From positions 800,001 to 864,000 of the forward strand of contig OZ242296.1 of NCBI GenBank assembly GCA_965207735.1: a stretch of DNA of 64,000 nucleotides, given 5' to 3'. Source of the DNA: Candidatus Versatilivorator sp. Its GTDB lineage: Bacteria > Acidobacteriota > Terriglobia > Versatilivoradales > Versatilivoraceae. The position numbers were made by a program, and so were the translations under genes. Below, in pieces: positions 45,103 to 54,940 of this stretch. The notes under the pieces are model-generated. The model saw only the letters and a program-made list of their open reading frames with translations. It did no database searches and had not been told where the DNA came from. Position 1 is the stretch's first letter. Each line of letters begins with the position of its first letter.

Positions 45103-47160
45103 TCATGTCAGAATGAAATAGCCGACAATCAAAAGTATGCCGCCGATGGTCAGTGCCGCGTAGGTCTGGATAACGCCGGTCTGAATTCGTCGCAGGGGAA
45201 AGCTGAGGTAATAGATAAGGTCGGAACGTCGAACTGCCAGATCGACAATCCAGTAGTCGAAGAATCCGGAAATCGAGGCCGCCACCCGGGTCAACCAGGC
45301 CGAGCCGTTCACTGCCCCGTCAACCACCGAGTTGTCGAATCCCGACAAACGGTTGCCCAAGTCCTTGGTCCGATTGACGAAGAGCAGGTCGTAAAGTTCA
45401 TCCACCCAGTACTTGTTGAGCAACGTCGTGTAGATTTTCCTGAAGCGGGACATCAGCCGTTCCGGTACCGCCGGGTCGGTCAGATAGAAGTGTCGTGCAA
45501 CCCCCAGCCCGACCAGGGCGATGGCTACTGAAAACGCCATGAGTCCCCACTCCAGGCCTTCGGAAGCATGTCCTCCTTCGCCTGCTGCCGCATGGGCAAG
45601 GACCGGCGCCAGAAAATGCTCGAAGTATTGTGGCAGGTGGTGAAGATACTGGCCGATCAGGTGGGGAATGCCGACCCAACCCGAGACCACCGCCCCAACC
45701 GCCAGCAGCCCCAGGGGGACCGTCATGACCCGCGGAGACTCATGAACGTGGGAATCCACCTCCGGAGACATCCGGGACTTGCCCAAAAAGGTCAGGAACA
45801 TCATTCGAAACATATAGAAGGAGGTCATTCCCGCCGCCAGGACTCCCACCGCCCACAACAGCAGGTGCCCCTGTGAACCGGAGAAGGCGCGCCACAAAAT
45901 TTCGTCCTTGCTGAAGAAGCCCGCCAGGGGAGGAAACCCCGCGATCGCCACCGTTCCGATCATCATGGTCCAGAAGGTGACCGGGATGCGTGACTTGAGT
46001 CCCCCCATTCGGCGCATGTCCTGCTCCCCGCTCAGGGCGTGGATGACGCTGCCGGCCCCCAGGAACAGCAGCGCCTTGAAGAAGGCATGGGTCATCAGGT
46101 GGAACACGCCGGCGCCGAATGCCCCCACGCCGCAGGCCAGGAACATGTAGCCCAACTGACTGACGGTGGAGTAGGCCAGTACCCGCTTGATATCGTTCTG
46201 AACCAGGCCGATCGAGGCCGCAAAAATAGCGGTGAAGGCTCCCACTACGGCCACCAGCAGCATGGCCTCGGGAGAAAAAACGAACAGCGGGCTGCAGCGG
46301 GCCACCATGTAGACGCCGGCGGTAACCATGGTGGCGGCGTGAATCAGGGCGCTGACGGGTGTAGGCCCTTCCATGGCGTCCGGAAGCCAGACGTAGAGCG
46401 GGACCTGGGCCGACTTGCCCATGGCCCCCACAAACAGCAGCAGGCAGATCGCGGTAATGGTGGCGTCGCCGCTGGCCAGTGCTCCGGCCTCAGCCTGGCT
46501 TTCAACCAGTCCGAAGACCCGGGTGAAGTCGAGGGTCCCAAAGGCAGTGAAGATCAGGAACATTCCCAGCATGAAGCCGAAGTCCCCGATCCGATTGACG
46601 ATAAAAGCCTTCTTGCCTGCGTCGGCGGCGCTCTTCCTCTCGAAGTAGAAGCCAATCAGCAGGTAGGAACAGAGTCCGACTCCCTCCCAGCCCACGAACA
46701 TGACCACGAAGTTGTTGGCCAGGACCAGCGTCAACATCGAGAACATGAACAGGTTCATGTAGGTGAAGAAGCGGGCGTAGCCTCCTTCGTGGGCCATGTA
46801 TCCGATGGAATAGATGTGGATCAGGAACCCCACGCCGGTAACGACCAGAATCATCACCGCCGACAAGGGATCCAGTTGATATCCCCACTGCACCAGAAAC
46901 TGGGAGATGGCTCCCGAGCTGAGCTCTCCCGCGCCGGCAGGGATCCAGGTGAACAGTTCCTGCTCCACCAGCCGCTGCCCTTCGGGTCTGCCCAAAAGTT
47001 GGTAAAAAGCGCCCAGCGACAGCAGAAAAGAAACCCCTACCACCCCGCAGGCCACCGTGCTGATGCAGGCCTTCGAGCATCGTCTGCCCAGAAGGCCGTT
47101 AACGAGGGCTCCCGCCGCCGGGAACAACGGAATCAGCGCGAGCATCTCCAGAAAATTCAT
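45103..47160 (-). CDS. nuoL: NADH-quinone oxidoreductase subunit L
   Basis: GWEGVG, NRIGD, GKSAQ, WLPDAMEGPTPVSALIHAATMVTAG, THAFFKALLFL. Confidence 0.93.
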   Translation of the reverse strand: MNFLEMLALIPLFPAAGALVNGLLGRRCSKACISTVACGVVGVSFLLSLGAFYQLLGRPEGQRLVEQELFTWIPAGAGELSSGAISQFLVQWGYQLDPLSAVMILVVTGVGFLIHIYSIGYMAHEGGYARFFTYMNLFMFSMLTLVLANNFVVMFVGWEGVGLCSYLLIGFYFERKSAADAGKKAFIVNRIGDFGFMLGMFLIFTAFGTLDFTRVFGLVESQAEAGALASGDATITAICLLLFVGAMGKSAQVPLYVWLPDAMEGPTPVSALIHAATMVTAGVYMVARCSPLFVFSPEAMLLVAVVGAFTAIFAASIGLVQNDIKRVLAYSTVSQLGYMFLACGVGAFGAGVFHLMTHAFFKALLFLGAGSVIHALSGEQDMRRMGGLKSRIPVTFWTMMIGTVAIAGFPPLAGFFSKDEILWRAFSGSQGHLLLWAVGVLAAGMTSFYMFRMMFLTFLGKSRMSPEVDSHVHESPRVMTVPLGLLAVGAVVSGWVGIPHLIGQYLHHLPQYFEHFLAPVLAHAAAGEGGHASEGLEWGLMAFSVAIALVGLGVARHFYLTDPAVPERLMSRFRKIYTTLLNKYWVDELYDLLFVNRTKDLGNRLSGFDNSVVDGAVNGSAWLTRVAASISGFFDYWIVDLAVRRSDLIYYLSFPLRRIQTGVIQTYAALTIGGILLIVGYFILT

Positions 47161-47415
47161 GAAATGACCTTGGTGGCGTTGCGGGAGCCCCGAATCAAAA
47201 GGACCTCAGGTAGAGCCAAGGAGAAGAACACGGAATGGCCGCTGGCCGGGTTCCGGCGTGTTGGGCTGGAAATGGCTACCGCCGATTGCGGGTTGCTCGA
47301 GAACCTCGAGAAATCCGCGTTTGCCGGACCCTATAGGTAAGCCGCTGGATTTTTAGCACAAGTCCATTTTTGAAGTCAATGGGTTTCAGGCAAGTGAGGC
47401 CCCCGCCTTGGTGTG

Positions 47416-47578
47416 CGGATCATACATAGAGTGAAACAATCAGAAATCGATCATCCCTTCGCGAACTTGGCACCCCGTCTCGGTTAACCTCAGCGCCTTA
47501 GTGCCCCGTCGTCGTTCTTTGTGCCCCTTGGTGGATAACTCTTTTTCTTTTGTCTCTTGTCGGTTGTTTCAGACAAGC
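47416..47578 (+). repeat. dispersed ~150-bp intergenic repeat, copy 3
   Basis: TACATAGAGTGAAACAATCAGAAATCGATCATCCCTTCGCG...GGTTGTTTCAGACAAGC. Confidence 0.8.
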
Positions 47579-47897
47579 TGGCGGATTTTCCTCACCTCAG
47601 CGAGACCCACGTGGCCGTAGAAACCATGAACCGCCATTTGCTGCTGGCAGCCCTAGGAAACCTGGTCGTGACCATCGGATTGGCTATTTATCTGTCTACC
47701 CATCGCAAGATGGAGGTCACCGACGTCGCGGAAGCCAATGAGCCCTGACGCCGGCAAGACCCTTTTGCCGGGTCCAGTCGAGATGGGTTGCCACCCTATA
47801 GGGTTTCCCGGATCCTGGCGGGTTTGGTGGCGTCCCAGATGGTCCTGTTTCTCGAATCCGCTACCTCAACCAGGACGGCCAGCTTGTGGCGGCCCCA

Positions 47898-49184
47898 TCA
47901 CTCCTCGCCGAAACCGAACCGGTAGACGAAGCCGATCAGGAACACACTCTGGCTTGTGACCAATTCGTCGGCCCCCTTGATGAAGAATGGCTGGTCTGAC
48001 CAGTCGTAGCGGTACTCGAACTTGGTGCTGAAGTTCGGACGCACGCGATAGTCGGCCGTCAGGGTGATTTCCTTCAAGTCCTGGGCGATCCCGGTAGCAA
48101 AGGCATCCTTGTCCGCGAAGTACTCGAACCGGGGTGAAAAAGCCCACTTCTTGTCGGTAGTGCTGAAACGCACGGCGCCGGCAATGCCCTGCCAGGCCGT
48201 TCGCTCGAAATGGGGTTGGGACTCGGCATCGAATCCATAGTCATAGTTGATCAATACCTCGACCTGATCGTTGACGCTGGCGCTGATCACTGTGTCGAAA
48301 AGATGCCTCCATGGGTTGTTGAGACCGTCCAGTTCCGGGCCTCCCAGATACCCTTGACTGATGCTGAAATTGTCGTTCGGCGAAACCGCGATCGACCACC
48401 CGACGCTCTTCCCCGTATTGTTGTCGGTGGAGTTGTTCCAGCCGTTCACAAGATAGAAACCCACGTCGACCGTGTCCGAAGCCGAATAACTGGTACGGAC
48501 TCCCGTGTGGTAATAGGGCTGGGCAAAGCCGAAGAGGATCGACTGCTGGTATTGATAGTTGTCGATGGTGTCCAGGACTTCCGCACCCACAAAGGTTCCG
48601 AACTTGCCCACGTCGACGGTCAAACCGTCTCCGACGGGGGCGACATAGCTGACGTAAGCCTGCTGAATGTTTTTGATGATTTCTTGCTGCCCGCCAACGG
48701 GCTCGAAGGAGTGATAGGTGTCGGCAGCCGGGCCGTAGACCAGATCGATGCGGTAGCCCAGGCTATTGGCGTCACCGACGGGCCGGTCAAAAATTACTTT
48801 TGCCAGATCGAACTGAAAGCTGTTGTGTCTGGTGTCGAGCCCGCGAAGATCGACAATGCCGCTCTCGGGATCGTTTGAGTTATAGCCGTAATAGGCATCC
48901 ACGTAGCCACTGATTTTGGTCTGCTTGAAAAAATCCAATATGGGCGCCGTGTCGCTGGACTCTACCTCAGGTGCGGCCGCCTCGACGGTTTTGGTTTCGC
49001 CGGGCGGTTCGGTTTTCTGAGAAGTCGTTTCGCTCTTTCCTTCCAGTTCGGCGATCCGCTCCTCCAGCTTCTTGATTCGTTCCAGCAGCTTCTCCTGACT
49101 ACTGTCCTCTGCAAAGGTCACCCCATTCGACAAACCCGTGGCCAGTAGTCCAGCCAAAAACAGCGTGACCCATTTCGTTTTCAT
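47898..49184 (-). CDS. putative outer-membrane beta-barrel porin (BBP2/DUF1597-like) with N-terminal coiled coil
   Basis: Signal peptide, LLERIKKLEERIAELE, ISGYVDAYY, QQAYVSY, GKFGT.VG.E, NGWN, C-terminal aromatic strand; start ATG 49184. Confidence 0.8.
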   Translation of the reverse strand: MKTKWVTLFLAGLLATGLSNGVTFAEDSSQEKLLERIKKLEERIAELEGKSETTSQKTEPPGETKTVEAAAPEVESSDTAPILDFFKQTKISGYVDAYYGYNSNDPESGIVDLRGLDTRHNSFQFDLAKVIFDRPVGDANSLGYRIDLVYGPAADTYHSFEPVGGQQEIIKNIQQAYVSYVAPVGDGLTVDVGKFGTFVGAEVLDTIDNYQYQQSILFGFAQPYYHTGVRTSYSASDTVDVGFYLVNGWNNSTDNNTGKSVGWSIAVSPNDNFSISQGYLGGPELDGLNNPWRHLFDTVISASVNDQVEVLINYDYGFDAESQPHFERTAWQGIAGAVRFSTTDKKWAFSPRFEYFADKDAFATGIAQDLKEITLTADYRVRPNFSTKFEYRYDWSDQPFFIKGADELVTSQSVFLIGFVYRFGFGEE

Positions 49185-49245
49185 TGATCTCCTTTCCTTT
49201 CCGGTTCCATTCAGTCCCAAATTGTGGAACCCATAGAGGCCCCAA

Positions 49246-49304
49246 ACAAAAAAAGACGCCCATCGGCACGAGTCCCCACTCGGATCCAATGGACGTCTCT
49301 GTCC
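49246..49304 (-). promoter_or_regulatory. leader terminator overlapped by an ANTAR-type hairpin
   Basis: Minus strand GGAC-AGAGAC-GTCC (AxxGxx hexaloop) overlaps the 5' arm of AGACGTCCATTGG...CCGATGGGCGTCT-TTTTTT. Confidence 0.6.
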
Positions 49305-49387
49305 AAATCACCACCACCGGGCCACTCCCGTCGGCGGTGGGCGATCTATCCCCCTTCGATACGACTCTGTATCAAAGAAGTACTCTC

Positions 49388-49415
49388 ATTTTAAGGTTAC
49401 CGCTCCAATGGTCAA
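49388..49415 (-). promoter_or_regulatory. putative sigma70 promoter of the porin leader
   Basis: TTGACC, 16-bp spacer, TAAAAT on the minus strand. Confidence 0.45.
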
Positions 49416-49503
49416 ATCATTTTTGTTTATGCCATCTATCAAAGCAGATTATGGATCGGTCGCGAAATCCACAGCCCGTCCCGGCAGTTCTCTGCCGCGG
49501 TGC

Positions 49504-50064
49504 TCACTGGTTCAATTCGTGGCAGAAGTGACAGGCTAGGGAAGCTCCTTGGGATTCGTGGCAACTCATACAGTGTTCCATGGACGTTGGCACCTCCTGC
49601 GTGAGGCTGTCCCGCAGCTCCACCGAACCGTGGCAGGTGGCACAGGTAACTCCAGAGGCCAGATGTTCCTGGTGGCTGAAGAAGACAAAATCGGGGATCT
49701 TGTAGACACGAACCCAAGGAATGGATTCGCCCCTTTGCTCGTAGCCCTCCAACATTGTTCCCACGGCTGATATCTCGCCCCCGGCTCCACGGTGGCAGGA
49801 CAGGCAAAGAGACAAGGACGGGAACCCTGCGCTACCGCCTCTACCCTTCATGGTATGGCAGGCGGCGCATTGCAGCCCCAGCTCGGCGTGGGTGCGATGG
49901 CTGAATGGAACCGGCTGCGGGACCGGTTCCGGCGCAGGCTGGGTTCGGGAGGCATTGTCGCGTGCACCCGAGATCCAGGGGATTGCCGCCAGCAAGGCCA
50001 GGCAAAGCGCAGGAACCAACGGCTTGCAAGCTCGCTGAAGACGGTGCGTCAAGAGAGTGACCAT
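49504..50064 (-). CDS. pentaheme cytochrome c (c3/ActA-like)
   Basis: QPVPFSHRTH; five CxxCH: CAACH, CLSCH, CATCH, CMSCH, CHFCH. Confidence 0.88.
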   Translation of the reverse strand: MVTLLTHRLQRACKPLVPALCLALLAAIPWISGARDNASRTQPAPEPVPQPVPFSHRTHAELGLQCAACHTMKGRGGSAGFPSLSLCLSCHRGAGGEISAVGTMLEGYEQRGESIPWVRVYKIPDFVFFSHQEHLASGVTCATCHGSVELRDSLTQEVPTSMEHCMSCHESQGASLACHFCHELNQ

Positions 50065-50098
50065 GAAGTCGAACTGAACGATCCTGGAGGAAGGTCCT

Positions 50099-52000
50099 TC
50101 ATGGTAAGGCGAAGGCTACCAGGGCATCGCCATAGCTGTCGTTGTATTTGTTGCCGCCGCCGGCGGCGATGACCACCAGTTGTTTCTTCAAACGGCTCGA
50201 CCAGAAGGTCATGGGAGTGGCGTGACCGCTGAAATCGAGCCGGGTAACCCAAAGCTCCCGGCCGGTTTCGGAATGGAAGGCCCGAAAGCGGCGGTCATTG
50301 GTTGCGGCGATAAACACCAGTCCTCCGGCAGTCACGATGGACCCGCCCAGGTTGGGTGAGCCTGTTCCGGTGATGCCTCGAGCTGCCAGATCCTCCACCA
50401 GGCCGAGCGGCACTTGCCAGCGCAGGCTTCCCCGGTTCAGGTCGATGGCCGTGAGCGTCCCCCAGGGGGGATCCTGACAGGGGACCCTGCGGGAATCCCA
50501 GAAACGTCCTTGGCGGATCCCCCGGGCCAGATAGGGCAGGCGGCTTCCTGCGCGCCCCTCCACCATCCTTACCACCTGCCCCACATCCATGGAGTTGACG
50601 AACAACAAATTCAAGCTGGGATCGTAGGATGCGCCGCCCCAATTGGGCCCTCCATTGGTGCCGGGGAACAGCACCGTGTACTCCAGGCCCTGTGGCTGAT
50701 ACATTTTACCCAGGATTGCCGTTTCCAGGATGGTCCTGCACTCGGCCTCCGTTTTAGGGTCCAGCCGGTTGATCTCCTCGAGCTCCATGCCTTGACGCGC
50801 AATCGCCGGCGGCTTGAGCGGAACCGGCTGAGTAGGCCAGGCCTCCTCTCCGGGAACCGGGCTCGCCGGAACGGGCCGCTCTTCGATTGGAAAGAGGGGT
50901 TTCCCCGTCACCCGATTGAACAGAAAGAGGAATCCCATCTTGGTGATTTGGGCCACCCCTGGCACCCTTCTCCCCTGTCGGCGCACCTCAACCAGATTGG
51001 GCTGCGCCGGCAGGTCCCAGTCCCAAAGGTCATGGTGGGTGATCTGGTAGTGCCACAGGCGCCGCCCGGTGCGAATGTCCAGGGCGACCAGGCAATCTCC
51101 GAACCAGTTCTTTCCCTTGCGTCCGCCTCCGTAGCGGTCGGGGGACGGAGAGCTCACCGGAAGATAGAGGATGCCACGTTCGGGATCGCAACTCATGGGA
51201 GCCCAGACGTTGGTCCCTCCCCGGTCCCTCCAGGACTCCGGTTCCCAGGTGTCGTTCCCCACTTCGCCGGGTTTAGGCACGGTGTTGAAACGCCAGACCA
51301 ATCGGCCGCTATCGGCATCGAAGGCACGGACGTCTCCATCGGGCCCCTCGGGCAGCCCGTCCGACACCACCGAGCCCACAATCACCAGATTCTCAAAGAT
51401 CAGGGGAGGTGAGCTCACCCCGTAGACGCGTTTTGGAAAACGGTCGGCCATGCCTGTTCGAAGATTCACGACACCCCTGCTGCCGAAACTTCCGACCGGC
51501 AGCCCGGTTCGGGCGTTCAAGGCAAACAGTCGACCGTCCAGCGTTCCCCAATAGAGCCGTTTTTCCTTGCCTCGACGCCAGTAGGCCGGGCCTCGATTGA
51601 TAAACAGGTTATAGGGCCGATGCTTGTCGAGCTTGGGGTCGAAGGCCCAGAGCTCCTTCCCCGTCGCCGAGTCCAGAGCAATCGCCCGGCCGAAGGGGGT
51701 GGTCAGATAAAGGACGCCGTCGACCGCCAGGGGTGTGCATTCAAAGGCAGAACGCACGGGATATTCCGATCCGTCGCTGATGTCGCCGGTATGGTAGGTC
51801 CAGGCGACCTTCAGTTGACCGACGTTTTCCCGGTCGATCTGCTTCAAGGGCGAATATTTTCGCGCCGCCAGGTCCCCGCCGTAATGGGGCCATTCCTGGG
51901 CAAGGGACTTTCCGGCGACGGCATGCAGACTCAGCAGCAGGACGGGCAATCCCCACCGCAGCCACCCAATGGGACACCCGGATCTCAATAGTAGATTCAT
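50099..52000 (-). CDS. PQQ-dependent dehydrogenase (glucose/quinate family, periplasmic)
   Basis: EWPHYGGD..ARKYSPLKQI, FECTPL, HHDLWDWD, GPNWGG, PCQDPPWG, GHATPMT. Confidence 0.88.
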   Translation of the reverse strand: MNLLLRSGCPIGWLRWGLPVLLLSLHAVAGKSLAQEWPHYGGDLAARKYSPLKQIDRENVGQLKVAWTYHTGDISDGSEYPVRSAFECTPLAVDGVLYLTTPFGRAIALDSATGKELWAFDPKLDKHRPYNLFINRGPAYWRRGKEKRLYWGTLDGRLFALNARTGLPVGSFGSRGVVNLRTGMADRFPKRVYGVSSPPLIFENLVIVGSVVSDGLPEGPDGDVRAFDADSGRLVWRFNTVPKPGEVGNDTWEPESWRDRGGTNVWAPMSCDPERGILYLPVSSPSPDRYGGGRKGKNWFGDCLVALDIRTGRRLWHYQITHHDLWDWDLPAQPNLVEVRRQGRRVPGVAQITKMGFLFLFNRVTGKPLFPIEERPVPASPVPGEEAWPTQPVPLKPPAIARQGMELEEINRLDPKTEAECRTILETAILGKMYQPQGLEYTVLFPGTNGGPNWGGASYDPSLNLLFVNSMDVGQVVRMVEGRAGSRLPYLARGIRQGRFWDSRRVPCQDPPWGTLTAIDLNRGSLRWQVPLGLVEDLAARGITGTGSPNLGGSIVTAGGLVFIAATNDRRFRAFHSETGRELWVTRLDFSGHATPMTFWSSRLKKQLVVIAAGGGNKYNDSYGDALVAFALP

Positions 52001-52186
52001 GACGGAGGGACCTGTGGCAGGTGAGTCAATGGGATGTCGGTCGCAATCAACGAAGAGAGAGATGGTCGTCCACGGTGGGCATATGCTCGAACGAGTCCGG
52101 CATGGAAAAAAGCAGGATGTTCACGGGAGACCTCCCTGGGAGTCGATGGTTTCCGGACGGTTCGGCAATGTGGAGGGCACAGCCGA

Positions 52187-53542
52187 TCAGTAGATGAAAT
52201 CCGCCTCGTAGCCGCGAGTCGAACGGGCTTGCCGTGTTGGTTCCGGTGGAGGAGGGAGGGCCGCCAACCTTTTCTGCCACTTCAGCTTGAGTTTCTGAAA
52301 CGCGCTTCTGTATTCCGGCTTCAGTGGCTTCGACGGCTTCATCTTGAGGGTGAGCGGATTCACGAAGACGCCGTTTCGCCGCACTCGGTAATCCAGATGA
52401 GGGCCGGTTGACAATCCAGTCGACCCTACGTAGCCGATCACCTGGCCCTGGGTGACTTTGGAGCCTCTCCGCAATCCCCTGGCATAGCGGGACAGGTGGG
52501 CGTAGCTGGTCGTAAAGCCGTTGCCGTGCTTGATCTGAACCAGCTTGCCATACCCGCCCTTCCGTCCGCGAAACTGCACTCGGCCGTTGCCGGCAGCCAC
52601 TACCGGAGTGCCGGTGGGGGCCGCGTAGTCGACTCCGAGGTGCGGCCGTAGCTTTCTCAGGACAGGATGAAGTCTGCGGTAGGAGAAACGCGAGCTGATG
52701 CGGGAAAACTTGACTGGAGACCTCAGAAAGTCCCGTTTGAGCGATCGTCCGACATCGTCGAAGTATCCCACTTCACCCTCGGGATCCTCGAATCGGTATC
52801 CAGTGAAGAGTTTCCCCGAGTTTTGGAACTCAACGGCCAGGATTTTGCCATATCTGACCATCCGATCTGCCAGATAGAGCTTTTCCACCATTAGGCGAAA
52901 GTGATCCCCTCTTTGGATCTCGGTGTTGAAGTCAATATCCCAGGAAAAGATCTCCGCCAAGTCCAGGGCCAATTGATCCTTTTCCTGCAATTTGGCAAGC
53001 GTGCGGAACAATGACGATTCAATGGTTCCAACCACCGGCAGAATGCGCTTTTCATACTCGATGGGAATCAGTTGAGCACGAAAGTCATCCTCGGTGCGAT
53101 CCACCTTCAGAAACTTGAAGGCATCCACCTGGTAGCGAAACCCGGTCAGCCTGCCGTCCGGGAACCGTTCCAGCTCGAACCGATTCCCCGCCCTGATCTT
53201 GGCCAGGTTGTAGATTGGCCGGGTGGCTTGCACCACCTGCAAAACGGTTTCAGGGGAGAAACCATAGGTCCTCAGCAAATTGTCGAAGGAAGTGTTTCTG
53301 GGAATTTTCCCTTGAATCAACTCCGCTTGGGGTGGGGGTGGGGGAAGATTGGGGGCAGGCGCGCCCCGGCGGACCACGGGCTTCATGGGTGCAGCCGCAG
53401 GATCGTCAGGCAGCAACCACAGGCAGGCCAGGGACAACCCGACGATTGCGCTGACCATGACAACGGACTCGAGCCGCTCGTTCAGATTGGAAGCGAGACG
53501 GCGAGGTCGTTGTTGGACCATGGCGTCAACCAAGGGGGACAA
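52187..53542 (-). CDS. M23 family peptidoglycan endopeptidase (MepM-like)
   Basis: HLGVD (HxxxD), YAHLS, STGPHLDY; start uncertain. Confidence 0.88.
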   Translation of the reverse strand: MSPLVDAMVQQRPRRLASNLNERLESVVMVSAIVGLSLACLWLLPDDPAAAPMKPVVRRGAPAPNLPPPPPQAELIQGKIPRNTSFDNLLRTYGFSPETVLQVVQATRPIYNLAKIRAGNRFELERFPDGRLTGFRYQVDAFKFLKVDRTEDDFRAQLIPIEYEKRILPVVGTIESSLFRTLAKLQEKDQLALDLAEIFSWDIDFNTEIQRGDHFRLMVEKLYLADRMVRYGKILAVEFQNSGKLFTGYRFEDPEGEVGYFDDVGRSLKRDFLRSPVKFSRISSRFSYRRLHPVLRKLRPHLGVDYAAPTGTPVVAAGNGRVQFRGRKGGYGKLVQIKHGNGFTTSYAHLSRYARGLRRGSKVTQGQVIGYVGSTGLSTGPHLDYRVRRNGVFVNPLTLKMKPSKPLKPEYRSAFQKLKLKWQKRLAALPPPPEPTRQARSTRGYEADFIY

Positions 53543-53626
53543 TCAGAGCCGATTCGGGTCTTTCGAAAGGCCGGGAAAGCTCCTTAAGCTAACAGATCAT
53601 CCCAGCGCATACAAGCAAAAGGCTCT

Positions 53627-54034
53627 CTAGATGTACTTGCTGTGCTCCTTGAGCAGGCAGCGATCCATGACCACCGTCAAGCCGGCTCCCTCGGCCCTGT
53701 CCGCAGCCTTCCCATCCACGACACCCTCTTGCATCCAAATGGCCCCGACCCCGATCTGCATGGTCTGATCCACCACCAGGGAGACGGCCTCCGGACGGCG
53801 GAAGACATTGACCAGATCAATGGGAGTGGAAGGAGGAATATCGAGCAGGCTGGGATAGCAGAATTCTCCCAGGATCGCCTGGTGGTTGGGATTTACGGGA
53901 ACGATACGGTAGCCCTGGGTTTGCATGTAGCGGGCTACCGCATTGCTGGGCCTGCTTGGATTGGCCGAAAGACCGACTACGGCAATGGTCTTGGAATGTT
54001 CAAGCAAGCGCTTGATTTCCGTGGGATCGTTCAT
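53627..54034 (-). CDS. CoA-binding domain protein
   Basis: TIAVVGLS..PSRPS, PVNP, VFRR, WMQEG, MDRC. Confidence 0.88.
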   Translation of the reverse strand: MNDPTEIKRLLEHSKTIAVVGLSANPSRPSNAVARYMQTQGYRIVPVNPNHQAILGEFCYPSLLDIPPSTPIDLVNVFRRPEAVSLVVDQTMQIGVGAIWMQEGVVDGKAADRAEGAGLTVVMDRCLLKEHSKYI

Positions 54035-54202
54035 GGGTCCGCAGGCTTGGATGAGCCCGCAAGTTTCATCGGATCACTATTACGGGCCAAGCGATTCGGG
54101 CCAACTGCCCCGGATTCATGCGCATGCGTCGATTGCGGGCCGCCATGGAGTGGGTATCCGGCTTGTTCCCGGCTTCGCGGATCCAATTTGAGCCAGCCGA
54201 CC

Positions 54203-54940
54203 TCACCCCTTGCCGCTTGCGTCCGCAGTCGAATCCAGGAACCGCATCACTTCCTGGCGGCTCAAGTGGCGGTACTCGCCCGGTTTGAGTCGACCGTCTT
54301 TCAAAAAGCCGATCTGAACACGGCGCAACTTGATCACAGAGTGCCCGACACGGTCAAACACTTTCCGGATCTGGTTGTTCCTGCCCTCGACCAGCATGAT
54401 TCTCAGCCAGCAGTTGTCGGCCTGCCTCACGACGGCAATCTTGCAGGGCGCCAACTTTTTTCCTTCCAGGGAGAGTCCCTTCGAGATCCTTGCCAGAATC
54501 GACCGACTGGGAGCACCCCGCACCTTGGCCATATAGGTCTTGGGACAATGGGGTCCGGCTGAGGCGACTCGGTTGGCAAACTGACCGTCGTTGGTCAACA
54601 GGAGCAGTCCTTCAGTGTTGAAATCCAGCCGCCCAACCGTGCTCACTCCCGGCGGGCACCCCCGGATCAGCTGACTTACCAGAGGCCTTCCAGCCGGGTC
54701 CGAAAGGGTGCACAAGTACCCTCGAGGCTTGTTCAGGAGCAGATAGGTCTGCCTTCCGGGAGGACGAATACGTCTTCCATCGACCCGAACATGGTCGCAG
54801 GAAGTATCCACTTTGGCTCCCGGCCGATTGATCGACCTGCCGTTTACGGTGACCCGTCCCTCCTGGATCAACACCTCGGCCTTGCGCCGGGAACAGACAC
54901 CTGCATTGGCAATGACTTTCTGTAGCCGATCCGTCACCAC
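54203..54940 (-). CDS. rluB: rRNA pseudouridine synthase (RluB-like)
   Basis: S4 domain RLQKVIA.AG.CSRR, VGRLDFNTEGLLLLTNDG, EGRNNQIR. Confidence 0.85.
   Translation of the reverse strand: MVTDRLQKVIANAGVCSRRKAEVLIQEGRVTVNGRSINRPGAKVDTSCDHVRVDGRRIRPPGRQTYLLLNKPRGYLCTLSDPAGRPLVSQLIRGCPPGVSTVGRLDFNTEGLLLLTNDGQFANRVASAGPHCPKTYMAKVRGAPSRSILARISKGLSLEGKKLAPCKIAVVRQADNCWLRIMLVEGRNNQIRKVFDRVGHSVIKLRRVQIGFLKDGRLKPGEYRHLSRQEVMRFLDSTADASGKG

Noticed and set aside
47557-47748. Small ORF with a hydrophobic stretch
   Set aside because: It starts inside the repeat copy, has no clear RBS and shows no recognisable homology
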